A stretch of DNA of 62,909 bases, filler included, from Aduncisulcus paluster (GCA_024181965.1; 4 parts of 4 records of this genome joined end to end with filler, not necessarily neighbours in it), one strand, 5' to 3'. Shown: positions 1 to 12,039, counted from the whole stretch's first letter. Notes: generated by a model from the letters alone, not told the origin. A program made the numbers and translations.

Positions 1-254
1 GTTATAATATTTGTATTGGGTGCTGTATTTTCAAGTATGTCATTCCATTTCTGGAAATAATTTGTCATCCATTTTGTTCGGAGATGTATTTTACATTGCT
101 TATTGCTTTCGTTGCTGTTTCAACCTTCAATCTCATCCACGTTCCTTTATTACATTGTAGTCCGCTTAGTTATTTCTGTAATTCATTAATTTACCCCAAA
201 GATTCCGTATAATAATAACGATATAACATTATATTGATTCCTCTACATTCCTCA

Positions 255-2966
255 ATGAAAAGCACTGAAGAGTTGACAAAAGAAATTGAAGCACTCATTG
301 TTTCAATCAAAAGAACAGACTCTCGACCTGCCATTAAATCCCTTTATAAAGAATCCCATTCTAGCTTCAAACAAGACTATCTTTGATGAGTTCATTTCTT
401 CACCCTCATCTGCTGTCACATCCGCTCTAAATCTCTTCGCCCTTTGTTTCGAATGTTTGTCCTTGTTCGTGAAGCATAAAGTTACAAAAGACGATGGAAC
501 TCCAGATGAGGATGATATTGAGGTTATTCTGCATAGTTCTTTTATCAAGAAGATGATTGACTCTTTCTTGCCTTCAATGATCCGAATAGAAGATATTCTG
601 AGAGTTAAACGCGAAGCAATGGAAAAAGAAGAAAAAGAAGAGGAAAAAGAAGAAGAAGTTGAAACTGGTGAAGCTGGAGTGAGTTCCATTACAATGACAT
701 TGTTCAGGATTCTCAGTATCTCAACGAGAAATGTTCTATCTCAATGTATTGCCATTTTCCCCCAGATCTCCACTCTTCTCTCCAAGATGTTTATTCTTGG
801 TCTATCTGAGAAACTTGAGGATTCTTTTGTTGCAGATATCCTCCAGACATGTAGGAATATTGCATTTGCCAAAGACGATCCCACCAAGAACTCCCTTTTA
901 TCCATTCTTCTTCCCCATATCTTGCCATGGATGAAGAAGTATCCTGATAAGAAGTTCTTTTTCTTGTGGACGAATATCTTGAAGAACATCACAAGTGATA
1001 AGGATAACATCAGTTCTGATAAAGATCGTTCTTCACAACTTTGGTTTATCTTCCACCCTATCTTGGATATTATCAAGGACTTTGGTTCCAAAGGTATTGC
1101 ATTTGATGATGATGCTGTAGTTCGTTGTTTATTATTCTTCGGTAATTTGAGTTGTATTCCTTCCCAAGCCATTGAAGTTCATGGTTGTATTAAAGATGGT
1201 CTTATTGATAGCTGGTTTGAGATGGTAAAGAGGAAGAAAAGTGAAGGAGGGGATGCTAATAGTCAGAGAGTCAAATACTGGTCTACACTTATTTCCATGC
1301 TCTCCACTGTCCCATCTCTTATCCATCAACTCTCTCCCAAATATGATACCAACATGGAGTGGTGTAAGAAGAATGAGGATGGAGTGGAGATTATGCAATA
1401 TATCTTGGTAATTGTTATCCTTCTCTGAAGAAATGGTCTGGATTAGTTGAAGGTATTATGAAATGTCTTGACTCAGAATCATCATCAATTCTATACCACA
1501 AACATCGAGACGATATTCTTTCTGTCTTCCTTGTATCCCAATCAAAGAGTGAGATTCAAAAGCACAAGAGAGAGATTATTCTTTGTGTTGAGTGTTTAAA
1601 CTGGTTTGTTAGACATGATATTGCTGGAAATCATATCTATCTCCCAATATCCGATCTCAACAATCTCATTGACATTTTTATTGATCATCTATCAAGAATT
1701 GAAGAAACATTGCAAGAATCTGTTGATGAAGAGTATTGTAGCATTTGCACTGATTATTCTTTCATAGATGAATATAAATGGGATTCTTTCCTTCCCAAAA
1801 TACATTCCACTTTCCATCGAATTCTTGAAAGAGGAAGTAAGAAGAAGTTGTCTGCTAATATTGTTCTGAAATTATTGATAACTCTTAGAAACATCTCGAT
1901 TTCTCCCTCTACTTCCACTCGATCCTCTATTCTCACTCTCATCAAACCTTATGTCAAAGATTGGTTGAGGATGTACAATGATAATGAGTGCTATGGACAA
2001 TGGATGTATATTCTATCATTTGTCACCACCTCAAGTGATGATAACTCCCCAAACAAATCCCTCTGTTCTGAAGCTTGGCCTCTTTTCCACCCTGTTCTTG
2101 ATGTTGTTAAGAGAGAGTTTGTTGGGGATAAGATTGTTGAGAATAATTATGAATGGGTTTTATTATTCTTCTCCAACTTATGTTGTAATCCGGGACATAT
2201 CTCCGAAATTTATGATAATGTTAAGGATCTTCTTGATGGCTGGTGGCGAGTTATGAAGAGGAATGAACATGAATGGGGAAATCAATACTGGTATAAACTC
2301 ATTTCTATGTTCTCCGCTGTGCCATCAATAATTCCTCAACTATCTCCTAAATATGATGCCAACATGCTCTGGTGCAGAGAAGAAAAGAGGTATTATTCAC
2401 CTCAAACCTATAACCAATACATTTCCAACATTTCCTCCTTCGTTTCTTTTTCATATCTCTCTTCAACTATTTTCCATTCTGTTCCAATGGTTTCATTTAT
2501 TCCTTCCATTGAGACATCTTTGTGTCCTGAGAAAGATGGATATTCATACTCCTCCCATGTATGTTCTGTTATGAAACTGCATAAAACTATTCCATATCAT
2601 CGCAAAAACAAAGATTCTTGCTATCACGATATTATCAGTGGAAAAGAAATACAAATCCAACATGTTCTTAAACGTGATGGATCGAGTTCTCAAGATATCC
2701 TCACACACTCTTCTCTCATCCAATACACTTCTCCTCCTCAACATTTACTTGTTAAGATACCATTTGATGATGAGAGATCCTTGAGACAATCTGCGTATGA
2801 TCTGATTGAACGCACAGGTGGAGGTGTTGAAGTAATGTTTGAACAGGGATCATTATGTTGTTCGTTTGAAGAATACGATCAAGAAGCATGGAGGATAGGA
2901 ATGGATGAAGAAGAAGAAGAAGAGGAAGAGGAATATGAAGAAGAATACACCTCCGAAATTTTTTAA
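255..2966 (+). pseudogene. Lineage-specific alpha-helical repeat family member (SPKYD.NM.WC repeats), interrupted by two frameshifts
   Basis: ATG at 255 reads MKSTEELTKEIEALIVSIKRTDSRPAIKSLYKESHSSFK and shifts at ~372 into the 286 frame (KTIFDEF). At ~1376 the frame shifts again: WCKKN/GWSGDYAIYLGNCYPSLKKWSGLVEGIMKCL runs into the 1458 ORF. The repeat units match those at 24365-31049. This may be a pseudogene or consensus indel errors. Confidence 0.7.
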
Positions 2967-3262
2967 GAATCTTTGGATACTGGCCTTGAAGACATTAGGA
3001 AAAGAAAGAGGAGAATAGATTGTAGAAATGAGAAATCCAAGGAGCCACCTTGAAAAGTTCTTCTCGTTGTCAATAATTAGCCAATCATTGCCCAATTCTT
3101 TAATATTCCCGTTTCAATGGAAAGAAATCACGACTAATAGATCGATTTATTCATCTGATGAATTTAATCATGTATAACAATATACAGTGTATATTACAGT
3201 CACTGTATATACATTAACTAAAAACTAATACAAAAACTCCTTTGATGTCTCGAAATAAACAT

Positions 3263-6200
3263 TTAGGGTTGAGGGGGCAAAGTAATGCCAACCCATCCAC
3301 CCTTACCTTCATCACTTTTAACAAGAAGGCCAAATTCCTCAACATTAGCGATATTACTATCACTGACACTTGAGTAATCAAACACGCCTCGACGATCAGT
3401 ATAACCGTCCTTGAAGAATTGAACCTTACCACCCTTCATACGAGCAAAGCACTTCACATAGCAGCGTTTGATGGGTTTGGGTGCCTTTTCACTTGTGCGC
3501 TTTGTCATGACCTTCAAACTACCGAACCTCTTCCTTATATGAACAAGGAATGGACATGGCTGAGCGAGAACACGCTTGACACGAGATCCATCCAAAGAAC
3601 ATACCTCAACGAGCATGGCTTCATTCTTTCCCTTTTCTTGAACAGGAATACAAACCTGACCACTCTTTCCAACATCAATGATCTTCTTTGGAACTTTAAC
3701 GAGAAGGGAATCATCACTCTTCTTGCTTTGAGAAATGAATGGAGATACAGAGAAGAGGAGCTCAAGATTAACGGGAACAACACGCATTTCAAGTTTCTTG
3801 TAGTTCGTCTTGATAGTAACATGGGTGGCTTCTCCAGCTTCTTCCCCATTAATATCCTTTTCTCCAATATCACTGAGAGCAATGGATAATGTCTTGGTGG
3901 TTAGTGCAGCCGCAGTGTTTCTGGCAGCATGGGAAATATCTTCACCTGCATCAGTCTTGGAAACATCCAAATCACGTTTCTCTAGCATTTCATCCCTCTT
4001 GAGAGTCCCTTCTTTCTCAGCAATGACTGCTTCTTCCTCAGTCTCCTTAATCTCAGAAAGTTGGACACTTAACTCGTGGAAGAAATCACGCCATATAGGA
4101 ATAGCCTTCGTCGCACAGATAGAAGCATATTTCTCGCTAACAGTCCTTGCGATAGTCAGCTTGTTGTTAGGACATAACAAGAGATCGAAATAAGCACATA
4201 GAGCTGCCATTTGCAGAGAACACGTTGAGAAAACAGGAGAATCACCAGATTCTTCATCAATTTCCTCATCTCTCTCTGTTTTTTCGCTCTCTTCCTCTCT
4301 TTCTTTCTCATAATCATCATTATTCCAGCCTTCACCAAGACGAACACCTACGATACGCTCAATCTTCTTCTTCAAACCAGTGTTTTGTTCAAGGATACGA
4401 TAGGCTTCTTTGACTCTATTCTGGCAAAGAAGGAAGTAGACAATGGTCAAAAGAGCACCAAGAGGACGCTTATTGCGTGGTAAATGAAGAGAAATCCACA
4501 AAACCATACGGTAACGTTCTTCAAGATCAGGAACAGCCAATTTTAAGTCACTCTCATCCTGTTTCTCACCATTGGTGCTCTTCTTTGTCAACTTATGGGC
4601 TCTGGCTTCAACGAGAGGTCTAAAGTCCGTGTGTACGAATGAAAGAGTGTCAGTTGGGACATATCTAACCCATTTGCTGATTAAGGCGGCACCAAACACA
4701 GATCTGTACTTTCTCTGGAGATAAGAATCAGCTCCATCACCTCCGTCAAGAAGATCTTTCCTCAACGTTGAGTCGATCAGTTTTTGAAGCTCTTTGGATT
4801 CATTGAGATAGACGAAATTAATCAACAAAAGTTCATTGTTTGGAGGGATTCCCAAGAGAGGAAGTTCTTCGAGAAGGAAAGAGAATTCATTCTTTGTGAT
4901 CTTCTTTTCTCTCAAACGAGTAAGAATGGCATTTATAACAGCGCCACCAGAACCAACACAAATGTCAGGTCGGCTACGAACAAAATCAATGAAATCAACG
5001 AGAGGCCTTGTGACAAAGTCGCCCAAATGCAAGAGTTTGAAAGACTTGTTGACAATGCTAATCTTTTTCACATCCAACACGGTATCTCCCTCACTCACAC
5101 CAATCAGACACCCATCCTTGCTAACTTGAGGAGGCATCATGTGGTACACTTGAGTACGCGGCAAATAGAAGTAGAAAGTAAAAGAATATGCCTTGAATGG
5201 ACCTGGAGAGAGCGTGAGAGACTGAGTTTTGGTAGATGTACCACCAAGAAGAGGCATGGCACCAACAGGAATCTGAGTCAAAACATCGATATGGATTCGA
5301 CGAGGAAGAGGGTTAAGGATAACAACTTCACACCCATACACCTTTCCAGGCTCCATCTGGTGTTTTCCCACAGTTTTGGGTCTTCCACCAGACCCACGAG
5401 ATCCACCATGCTCAACGAAACGGTGGCGAACAAGGAACTCTGGCTGCACTCCTTCCTCTCCATCAGCTTCAGTTTCACTCTCTTTCTCTCCCTCTTCTTT
5501 CTCCTCTCCCTCCTTTTCAGGTTCTTCAGAGATCTTTTTCAGTTGCTCGGCAATTACAATAGCATCGGATATTTCTGCATGTTCAAAGACAGTAACAACC
5601 TCACCACTCCTGCTTTCACTGCTCCTCTTAATTTTACCATCAAGATGCAAGCCACACATACCTAGCACACAAAGGAGACCACGTTGGCACAGACCAAACA
5701 CGGAGGTGATCGTATTACGTCCAACCTTGGCAGAGAACATATCTTTAGCATCACCAAGGGTCCTCCTCTTCACAATATCAACAAGGAACGATGTCCACTG
5801 CATATTGGGTTTCACAACCATATCACTTCCACATCCAAACCATGTTCCATCAGTATATCTCTTGGTAGTGGACAGGGCAGTGTAATGATCAGGAATGTGA
5901 CGCTTACGCTCACTCACAGAACTTGAGGTTCTGGTGACATGGCTTTGATAAGAGATCGGGGCAGGAACAGGAGGTCTCTGAGGCTCCTTCTCCACATCTT
6001 CTGTAGTTTTCAGCAAAACATCGCAAGCAGAGAGAACTTGGGCCTCTTCATTTGGATTGATAGAACCTTCACCAATCCCAAGAACCCTTGCACCGACTTC
6101 CTGCATGGCACTGAATACTGACATTGAGCCACACATCTTACAGATCCTTTCTTCATGTGAACCCTTATCTTCATCTTCCTTGGCGTTTCCCCATTCCACA

Positions 6201-9200
6201 ATAGAAGTCACCATATCGACGACAAGAACCATCTCAAGAACAGAAAGACTCTGCAGAGATCTTGGAGCAAGGTATGGGATTACACCTTGAACCATGTCTC
6301 GGGATACTTCAGGAATGAACTTTTCTTCATGCTCATTGAAGCGGAATGTCCTGTATTTGAGCCACAAACACATCACATCCTCATCCAACTTGCTTTCGAG
6401 GAGAGATAGAATATACTTAGAGAAGAATGGAATGTCATGGAATGCAAGGAAGAAGTACAATTCATATCCATAGTTCCTCCGAATGAAGTCAAACTTGTCA
6501 GCTTCACCCATGTATTTCCACTCCTTGGCCAACTTCTTTGTAACATCAGACAGAGACATCTGAGCTGGAGGACAAGGCACTTGGGAGAAAGACACAGAAG
6601 TATTGTTTGACAAAGCATATAAACTATCAATATTGGAGAGAGTGGCGAGCCTTGATGAGAAAGAAGGGAAAGAAAGCTTGGACTGAGAAGGGTTCAAGCT
6701 TTCAATATTCTTCTGGAGTACAAATCGATCAGCAATATCATATCCACTCTCAAGAACAACAGTTCTAGTTGACACTTTGGCCCTTTCTTGAGCAGGAAGA
6801 GCATAAGTCCGAGTGACAGTTGACCCATCAGAGCACAAGACTGTAGCACGAACGAATCCACCAGCAAAGGTCTCAAGCTGTTTGGTGGGCAAAGATATCA
6901 TAACTTCACCATTTTCACGCATGATAGCTTCAGTTGTGATTGAGGCAATAACATGGGAAGGCTGGTTAATGTAGTCAAGACAAAGGTTCACAGGATCATC
7001 TCCACCACGACCAATACCTGGGGCTGACTTGGTCTTTCCAAAAGCTGAGAATCCATTCATAGGACGTGAATCTAGATCAGCCTGACGTTGTCGAGAGTAT
7101 GATTCTCCAGCATCAGCTTTAATCTCTTCTGCTTGAGTTGTTTTCTCAGGGAAAGGATTAACCAGAAGTCCAGGTCTGGGAAGGGAAACTCCAGCGATTG
7201 GTCTCTCCAACTTAACTTCTTCCAGTCTCTTTTCAACATACAAAACCTCTTCATTTCTTCCCTTGGCTTCATCAGAAAGAGTGTAAGAATGGGGGAGATC
7301 AGATACAAATGGAGTGGGCATCATGTTTGGAGATGTAGAAGGGTTTATCAAGGGACAATATGACGTGAATTGAAGATGAACTTTGTGGGGTTTAAGTCCA
7401 GGTTCCTCCTGCTCCTCTCCTTCCTCTTTCTCTTGACATGCCTTATTGACTATTTCAAGAACAGGAATGACCAAGCCATTCTCTCCATCCCTCTCCATCT
7501 CACACAGAATGGGAACACGTTCATCAACGTACTCACACACAGAAGTCGGAGAAAGGAAGAGGAAGGGGTGGGAGGCAAGAGAAGAGTCAGGAATAGCTGA
7601 GTTAATGAGATCCCTTGACAATGGACTAGGAGGAGATGACATATCTGAAGGAGGGATATCGTCATCATAGGTAACATCAGTATCATCTTCCTCATCGACA
7701 TAATCATCAGTTACTTGCACATGCGAGACCATTCGGGCAGATCCGGCAACACAGAGAACGACAACCGTCATGGATCCAAATCCCTTCTGAGGGGTCATTA
7801 CAAGAGAGTATGTTCCACACACAGGAGGAGAGAACGTTACAATGTTACCTTGAGTAACTTCACAGAGTTGAGACTTGTCGGCGATGGCAGGGGTGGTTGG
7901 AGTACGAGAGAAGATACAAGTACATCCGGGAAGAGCTGAGAACTTGAAGGAAGTGAGAGAAGTATCACGGTCTGGCTCTTCAAGATTCTTGTGAGCAGAT
8001 CCACAGTAAGCAAGCTCGAAAGGAGTCTGGAATCTCACAACTTCTCCTTGTTTCACGGTAATAACAGATTGGTTAGAGAATGACATACTAGTAACACGTT
8101 CAGGAGAGTGAACCATTCTCACATCACGCTGGATATTCTGCTTGTTAATCGGAAGAGATACAATGATATCTTCAGTACAATCGCCCAAGTCACCAAGATG
8201 AACAATTCCATCTTCATCGGTAACAAAATGGAAGGAATCGTTTGATTTCCGATACATCCATTCATCTTTTCCAACTTTCATCCGCATAGACCCAGTGTGA
8301 TAACGAGACTTTAGTTCAATACGGATTCTTGAGAATGAAGAGGGTTTACCAGTACGATCAGTAAGAACAAGAGCCTTTTCAGGACCAACACGGGTTGATA
8401 TTTGCTCAAGGTGTACAGTATTGATGGCTGCATGAGAGTCATGTACATTGAAGTTACGCAAGAGATTGGATGAAGTGTCAGAAAGAACAACATCACGTCC
8501 ATTGATCTCGAAAGGAACAGAAATGCTGGAAGTGATTTGAATATCTTTAAGATTACTGGAAACAGGAAGAACGAGAGGAAGGTTTCCAGAAAGAATTTGA
8601 ATGGCTTCAACACCCGTACGGGAAATTTCTTTCGTGGTTCCATCAGAATCAACAAGTTTAATAGCAATAGAAACAACAATTTGTTTGGTTGGAAGATCAT
8701 CGAAATTAAGATGGAGCAGCTTCTTCTGACCATTAACGTTGGTGATAACATTCAAACGTGAATTCATTGTCACTGAGGCCTCACAGCCACTCACAAAGCT
8801 TTCTTTCACTGGGAATATAAGAGTATCGAGTTGGATTTGTTTAAGTCCAGGGAGAGAAACCCGGCATGATTGACCAAAGCCGAGACTTGACATTGGAGGA
8901 AGGGTATCAAATGTTTCAGCATCTTCCTCACGACTTCCATCACAGACACACACCGTCTTACTACTGTCATTGTCAGTATGAGGAATAACAATGGCGCCAG
9001 ATGTCACTTTCCCGGTAATCCAACCGACTTTGACTTCACCTTTCTTAGTAGTGGTGTATTGACGTCCATCGAGAATGATAGATGAATCATTCACAACCTC
9101 TCCTTGTTCGTTGAGGACATAGAACACATTTCCAATGATTGAAGGGACGTGAATGAGCTTGAGAGCACCTCTAGTGATCATAATACGGGTGCTGACGGTG

Positions 9201-11131
9201 GAGGTGACAGCATCAATGATATAACACTGACGAGAGTTGATTGAAGTGTTAGAAAGCATTCCACTCACACGAGGGCCTGACCTTTCACCGGCTTTCATCC
9301 GTTCCTCAATAACTTCTTTCTCAGGAATGGTGTAGTGCAACACATCCTCAGTGCAGCAACTCCTTGAATCTCTCTTAACAACACAGATATCAACGGGCTC
9401 AATTCCTTCGAGTTCAAGGTCTAAGGGAGGGGCCTTGTTGTGTTTCATAATGTATTGAGCAGATCTTATACGATAACAACGGAATGTGACTTCGTTGTGG
9501 CCCTTTACATTCAAGTAAACACTGGCAACGGATCCAGGCTTCACAGAGACCTGAGTGGCAGAATTAACAGTCAAACATTTGCTGGTCCTGATTTTCCTGG
9601 AAGCACCGTTACGATATGTTGCCTCCACGGTGGCGTCTTTACCCTCAGTAACCAACTGATCGAGGAGTTTTTCGGCCTGTTCAACACTGTGATCATCTTC
9701 AGGCATGGGCAAGGAAGCGTCATAAACATTTTGCTCATCCTTATTAAGAGTAAAGCGAAGTTTACATTCGAAATGCAAGGAACGAAGACCATCTGCCTGC
9801 ATAAATTGGCCACATAGACTCTGACATTGACCAAGCGGAAGGCAGGCGAAATGACACAAAAACATGCGCTTAACAATATTTCTCATGTTAACATGGTTAG
9901 AATCACCAGGACTCTTCAAAAGAGCACTAATATCGGGAATATTTTCAATGTCATAACTGTCAGCATACCCGATCAATTTCTTGATGGCTTTGAAACAAGG
10001 AATGCAACGAAGATGGAGTTTAAGCAAGTTTTTCCAAATATCAAAGGTCTTTTCATGGAGCATGGCAATATTCCCTTCGCAGAGCTGCTCAAAGGCATAG
10101 AACCAGACGGAGAGGACAGCACCCTTAATTCCATTCAAATACTCAGGTAAACGCTTAACGTAGGTCCAGAGAGTCTTACAAAAGGCTTCTAAAGCAGGTG
10201 GATTGGAGATGAGTGTTTTAGGGTCGGGAGAAATGCGAGAAATGACTTCACGAACGTAAGTTGGTAAAAATGAAACATTATCTTTGTTTTTAATCGATTT
10301 GATGCTCTCTAGTTGTTTGACAGTCAGGAGTTTCATCCATTTAAACCTGGATACGATTCTGGAGAATGATTCATGGGAGTGTTTGGCATAATAACGAAAA
10401 GATTTCAAAACAATACGAGATGGGACTTCGATTCTCTCAAGAATATTCCCAAGGACATGGTCTTCAAAATCAGTGTGCCTAGAGAGCAAAGAAACAAGAA
10501 TAGATTCACTCAGGCAAGAAAGAGAACACCGGCAAGTTTTATCCGATTTTTCATATAAAATGTTCAATCCGGGCTCTTTTAATTCAGTTGAATCAAGTAC
10601 ATTACTCACGGAAGGATGTGAATCTTCAGCAGCAGATATCGTCATCTTTTTGGAGGGTTTTTCAATCAACGCTTCTTCATAGTATTTTGATACAAGCTCA
10701 CTTCTTTCATCAAGTGAGATATGACGGGGCAGAGTTCCGGTTCCAGCAGCGAAACCAACCTTTGAAGGATAACTCCCAATTGAAATACAATTTTGGAGTT
10801 CTTCAGCAAGTTTTTTCCTTTGTTCAATAGAAGTTAATGAAGAATTCAATAATCTTCTGATCGTAAAAAGCCTTTTAAGAGATGGAGAACTGCCACGTTG
10901 TTCCATCTGTTCAATGAGTCTAGCCTCAGCAGTAGTTGGTTTTGATGAAGAAGGAGAGGTTAGATACTCAATTAATAAGGTGAGATAATCTCTTTGAAAG
11001 GGTCCAAGAGTTTTATCTTCTTGGATAGCTTTACGAAGATCAGCAGATGATTTTCCAAAAACCATCTTCTCCACAAGCTTCAATGGAATCTTGAAGGAAC
11101 TTCCATCAGGCCAATAGACATAAGGAGGCAT
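3263..11131 (-). CDS. Very large (~2620 aa) protein of a conserved uncharacterised family (Dictyostelium AbpF-like / large planctomycete hypothetical proteins)
   Basis: Uninterrupted ORF whose first ATG is at 11131 (MPPYVYWPD). The C-terminal motif YVKCFARMKGGKVQFFKDGYTDRRGVFDYSSVS and the segment VLTQIPVGAMPL...FYFYLP resemble this family as recalled. The family assignment is from memory. Confidence 0.75.
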   Translation of the reverse strand: MPPYVYWPDGSSFKIPLKLVEKMVFGKSSADLRKAIQEDKTLGPFQRDYLTLLIEYLTSPSSSKPTTAEARLIEQMEQRGSSPSLKRLFTIRRLLNSSLTSIEQRKKLAEELQNCISIGSYPSKVGFAAGTGTLPRHISLDERSELVSKYYEEALIEKPSKKMTISAAEDSHPSVSNVLDSTELKEPGLNILYEKSDKTCRCSLSCLSESILVSLLSRHTDFEDHVLGNILERIEVPSRIVLKSFRYYAKHSHESFSRIVSRFKWMKLLTVKQLESIKSIKNKDNVSFLPTYVREVISRISPDPKTLISNPPALEAFCKTLWTYVKRLPEYLNGIKGAVLSVWFYAFEQLCEGNIAMLHEKTFDIWKNLLKLHLRCIPCFKAIKKLIGYADSYDIENIPDISALLKSPGDSNHVNMRNIVKRMFLCHFACLPLGQCQSLCGQFMQADGLRSLHFECKLRFTLNKDEQNVYDASLPMPEDDHSVEQAEKLLDQLVTEGKDATVEATYRNGASRKIRTSKCLTVNSATQVSVKPGSVASVYLNVKGHNEVTFRCYRIRSAQYIMKHNKAPPLDLELEGIEPVDICVVKRDSRSCCTEDVLHYTIPEKEVIEERMKAGERSGPRVSGMLSNTSINSRQCYIIDAVTSTVSTRIMITRGALKLIHVPSIIGNVFYVLNEQGEVVNDSSIILDGRQYTTTKKGEVKVGWITGKVTSGAIVIPHTDNDSSKTVCVCDGSREEDAETFDTLPPMSSLGFGQSCRVSLPGLKQIQLDTLIFPVKESFVSGCEASVTMNSRLNVITNVNGQKKLLHLNFDDLPTKQIVVSIAIKLVDSDGTTKEISRTGVEAIQILSGNLPLVLPVSSNLKDIQITSSISVPFEINGRDVVLSDTSSNLLRNFNVHDSHAAINTVHLEQISTRVGPEKALVLTDRTGKPSSFSRIRIELKSRYHTGSMRMKVGKDEWMYRKSNDSFHFVTDEDGIVHLGDLGDCTEDIIVSLPINKQNIQRDVRMVHSPERVTSMSFSNQSVITVKQGEVVRFQTPFELAYCGSAHKNLEEPDRDTSLTSFKFSALPGCTCIFSRTPTTPAIADKSQLCEVTQGNIVTFSPPVCGTYSLVMTPQKGFGSMTVVVLCVAGSARMVSHVQVTDDYVDEEDDTDVTYDDDIPPSDMSSPPSPLSRDLINSAIPDSSLASHPFLFLSPTSVCEYVDERVPILCEMERDGENGLVIPVLEIVNKACQEKEEGEEQEEPGLKPHKVHLQFTSYCPLINPSTSPNMMPTPFVSDLPHSYTLSDEAKGRNEEVLYVEKRLEEVKLERPIAGVSLPRPGLLVNPFPEKTTQAEEIKADAGESYSRQRQADLDSRPMNGFSAFGKTKSAPGIGRGGDDPVNLCLDYINQPSHVIASITTEAIMRENGEVMISLPTKQLETFAGGFVRATVLCSDGSTVTRTYALPAQERAKVSTRTVVLESGYDIADRFVLQKNIESLNPSQSKLSFPSFSSRLATLSNIDSLYALSNNTSVSFSQVPCPPAQMSLSDVTKKLAKEWKYMGEADKFDFIRRNYGYELYFFLAFHDIPFFSKYILSLLESKLDEDVMCLWLKYRTFRFNEHEEKFIPEVSRDMVQGVIPYLAPRSLQSLSVLEMVLVVDMVTSIVEWGNAKEDEDKGSHEERICKMCGSMSVFSAMQEVGARVLGIGEGSINPNEEAQVLSACDVLLKTTEDVEKEPQRPPVPAPISYQSHVTRTSSSVSERKRHIPDHYTALSTTKRYTDGTWFGCGSDMVVKPNMQWTSFLVDIVKRRTLGDAKDMFSAKVGRNTITSVFGLCQRGLLCVLGMCGLHLDGKIKRSSESRSGEVVTVFEHAEISDAIVIAEQLKKISEEPEKEGEEKEEGEKESETEADGEEGVQPEFLVRHRFVEHGGSRGSGGRPKTVGKHQMEPGKVYGCEVVILNPLPRRIHIDVLTQIPVGAMPLLGGTSTKTQSLTLSPGPFKAYSFTFYFYLPRTQVYHMMPPQVSKDGCLIGVSEGDTVLDVKKISIVNKSFKLLHLGDFVTRPLVDFIDFVRSRPDICVGSGGAVINAILTRLREKKITKNEFSFLLEELPLLGIPPNNELLLINFVYLNESKELQKLIDSTLRKDLLDGGDGADSYLQRKYRSVFGAALISKWVRYVPTDTLSFVHTDFRPLVEARAHKLTKKSTNGEKQDESDLKLAVPDLEERYRMVLWISLHLPRNKRPLGALLTIVYFLLCQNRVKEAYRILEQNTGLKKKIERIVGVRLGEGWNNDDYEKEREEESEKTERDEEIDEESGDSPVFSTCSLQMAALCAYFDLLLCPNNKLTIARTVSEKYASICATKAIPIWRDFFHELSVQLSEIKETEEEAVIAEKEGTLKRDEMLEKRDLDVSKTDAGEDISHAARNTAAALTTKTLSIALSDIGEKDINGEEAGEATHVTIKTNYKKLEMRVVPVNLELLFSVSPFISQSKKSDDSLLVKVPKKIIDVGKSGQVCIPVQEKGKNEAMLVEVCSLDGSRVKRVLAQPCPFLVHIRKRFGSLKVMTKRTSEKAPKPIKRCYVKCFARMKGGKVQFFKDGYTDRRGVFDYSSVSDSNIANVEEFGLLVKSDEGKGGWVGITLPPQP

Positions 11132-11326
11132 TAGATTTGGGTTTATGTTGTCAAAATAAAAAGTCGGCGAATAAGAAAAAAAAGAGCAGGTTTCTGCAAA
11201 AAATAATAACGAAAAAATATTGTTTATTTCCAAGAAAAAGAAAAATAAATAACCAAAAGTTTCAAAAAATACTATTTAACGGGAAAAGAATATTATACTG
11301 AAAATGGCATCAGTGAATAAAAATCA

Positions 11327-12039
11327 TCACAATACAAATGCCACAATAACAATAAGAGCAATTTCAACAACTAATGCGACAGAAAGGAAGATAATTTGAG
11401 CCTTTTCACGAGTAGTCATCTTTCGAACAATATGCTCACCTCTATCTAAATTCGATTCAATCCCACGAACATCCTCTCTAACACCATCCAGTTTTTCATC
11501 TTGTTCTTTCAAAGACTGAGATACGCCAGCACCCATATCTGCTATTTCAGAAGCCATTTGTCTTGACTTCTTAAGACTCTCTTTTTGGGCATGAGCTCCA
11601 GCATGAGCATTCAAAGCGCCTTGTCTCTTGTCCTTCCTTGCTCTTTCAGCCTTTGTTAATCCTTGTGGCTTCCGAGACATCATTTCTTGATATTGAAGAT
11701 GGTAGGTTGTCCTACGTTTTGTAATTTCCGCAAGATGCTTACGAGCATTGACTGCATCTGTTCCTGTTAAATCTCTAACAATTCGACTCATATCTTTTTC
11801 AACCGTCATGAGACGAGACTCATATTGAGAAATGGCTTTAGTGATAACAATTTGCTTCTCTGGGAAATTTACACGAAAAAAGGAAAAATATTTTACCAAA
11901 ATTAGTAAAATTCATTGGAAATATCAATATAATTCAACAAGAACATACCATAGTCAGCTGGACCATAGGCATCTACATTTTTCTTTAGTGTAATCAGAAA
12001 GCTTGTAGCCTCTTTTTCTTTTCTTCTAAAGTTTTCCAT
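11327..12039 (-). CDS. Qb-type SNARE (Vti1-like), two exons
   Basis: ATG at 12039 (MENFRRKEKEA...). A GTATGT...CCCAG intron at 11948-11860 restores the frame (DY/EKQIVIT). SNARE motif MGAGVSQSLKEQDEKLDGVREDVRGIESNLDRGEHIVRKM and a C-terminal TM anchor. Confidence 0.8.

Noticed and set aside
3419..10830. Many short ORFs nested in or opposite the 2.6k-aa gene and other long genes
   Set aside because: Shadow frames without motifs.
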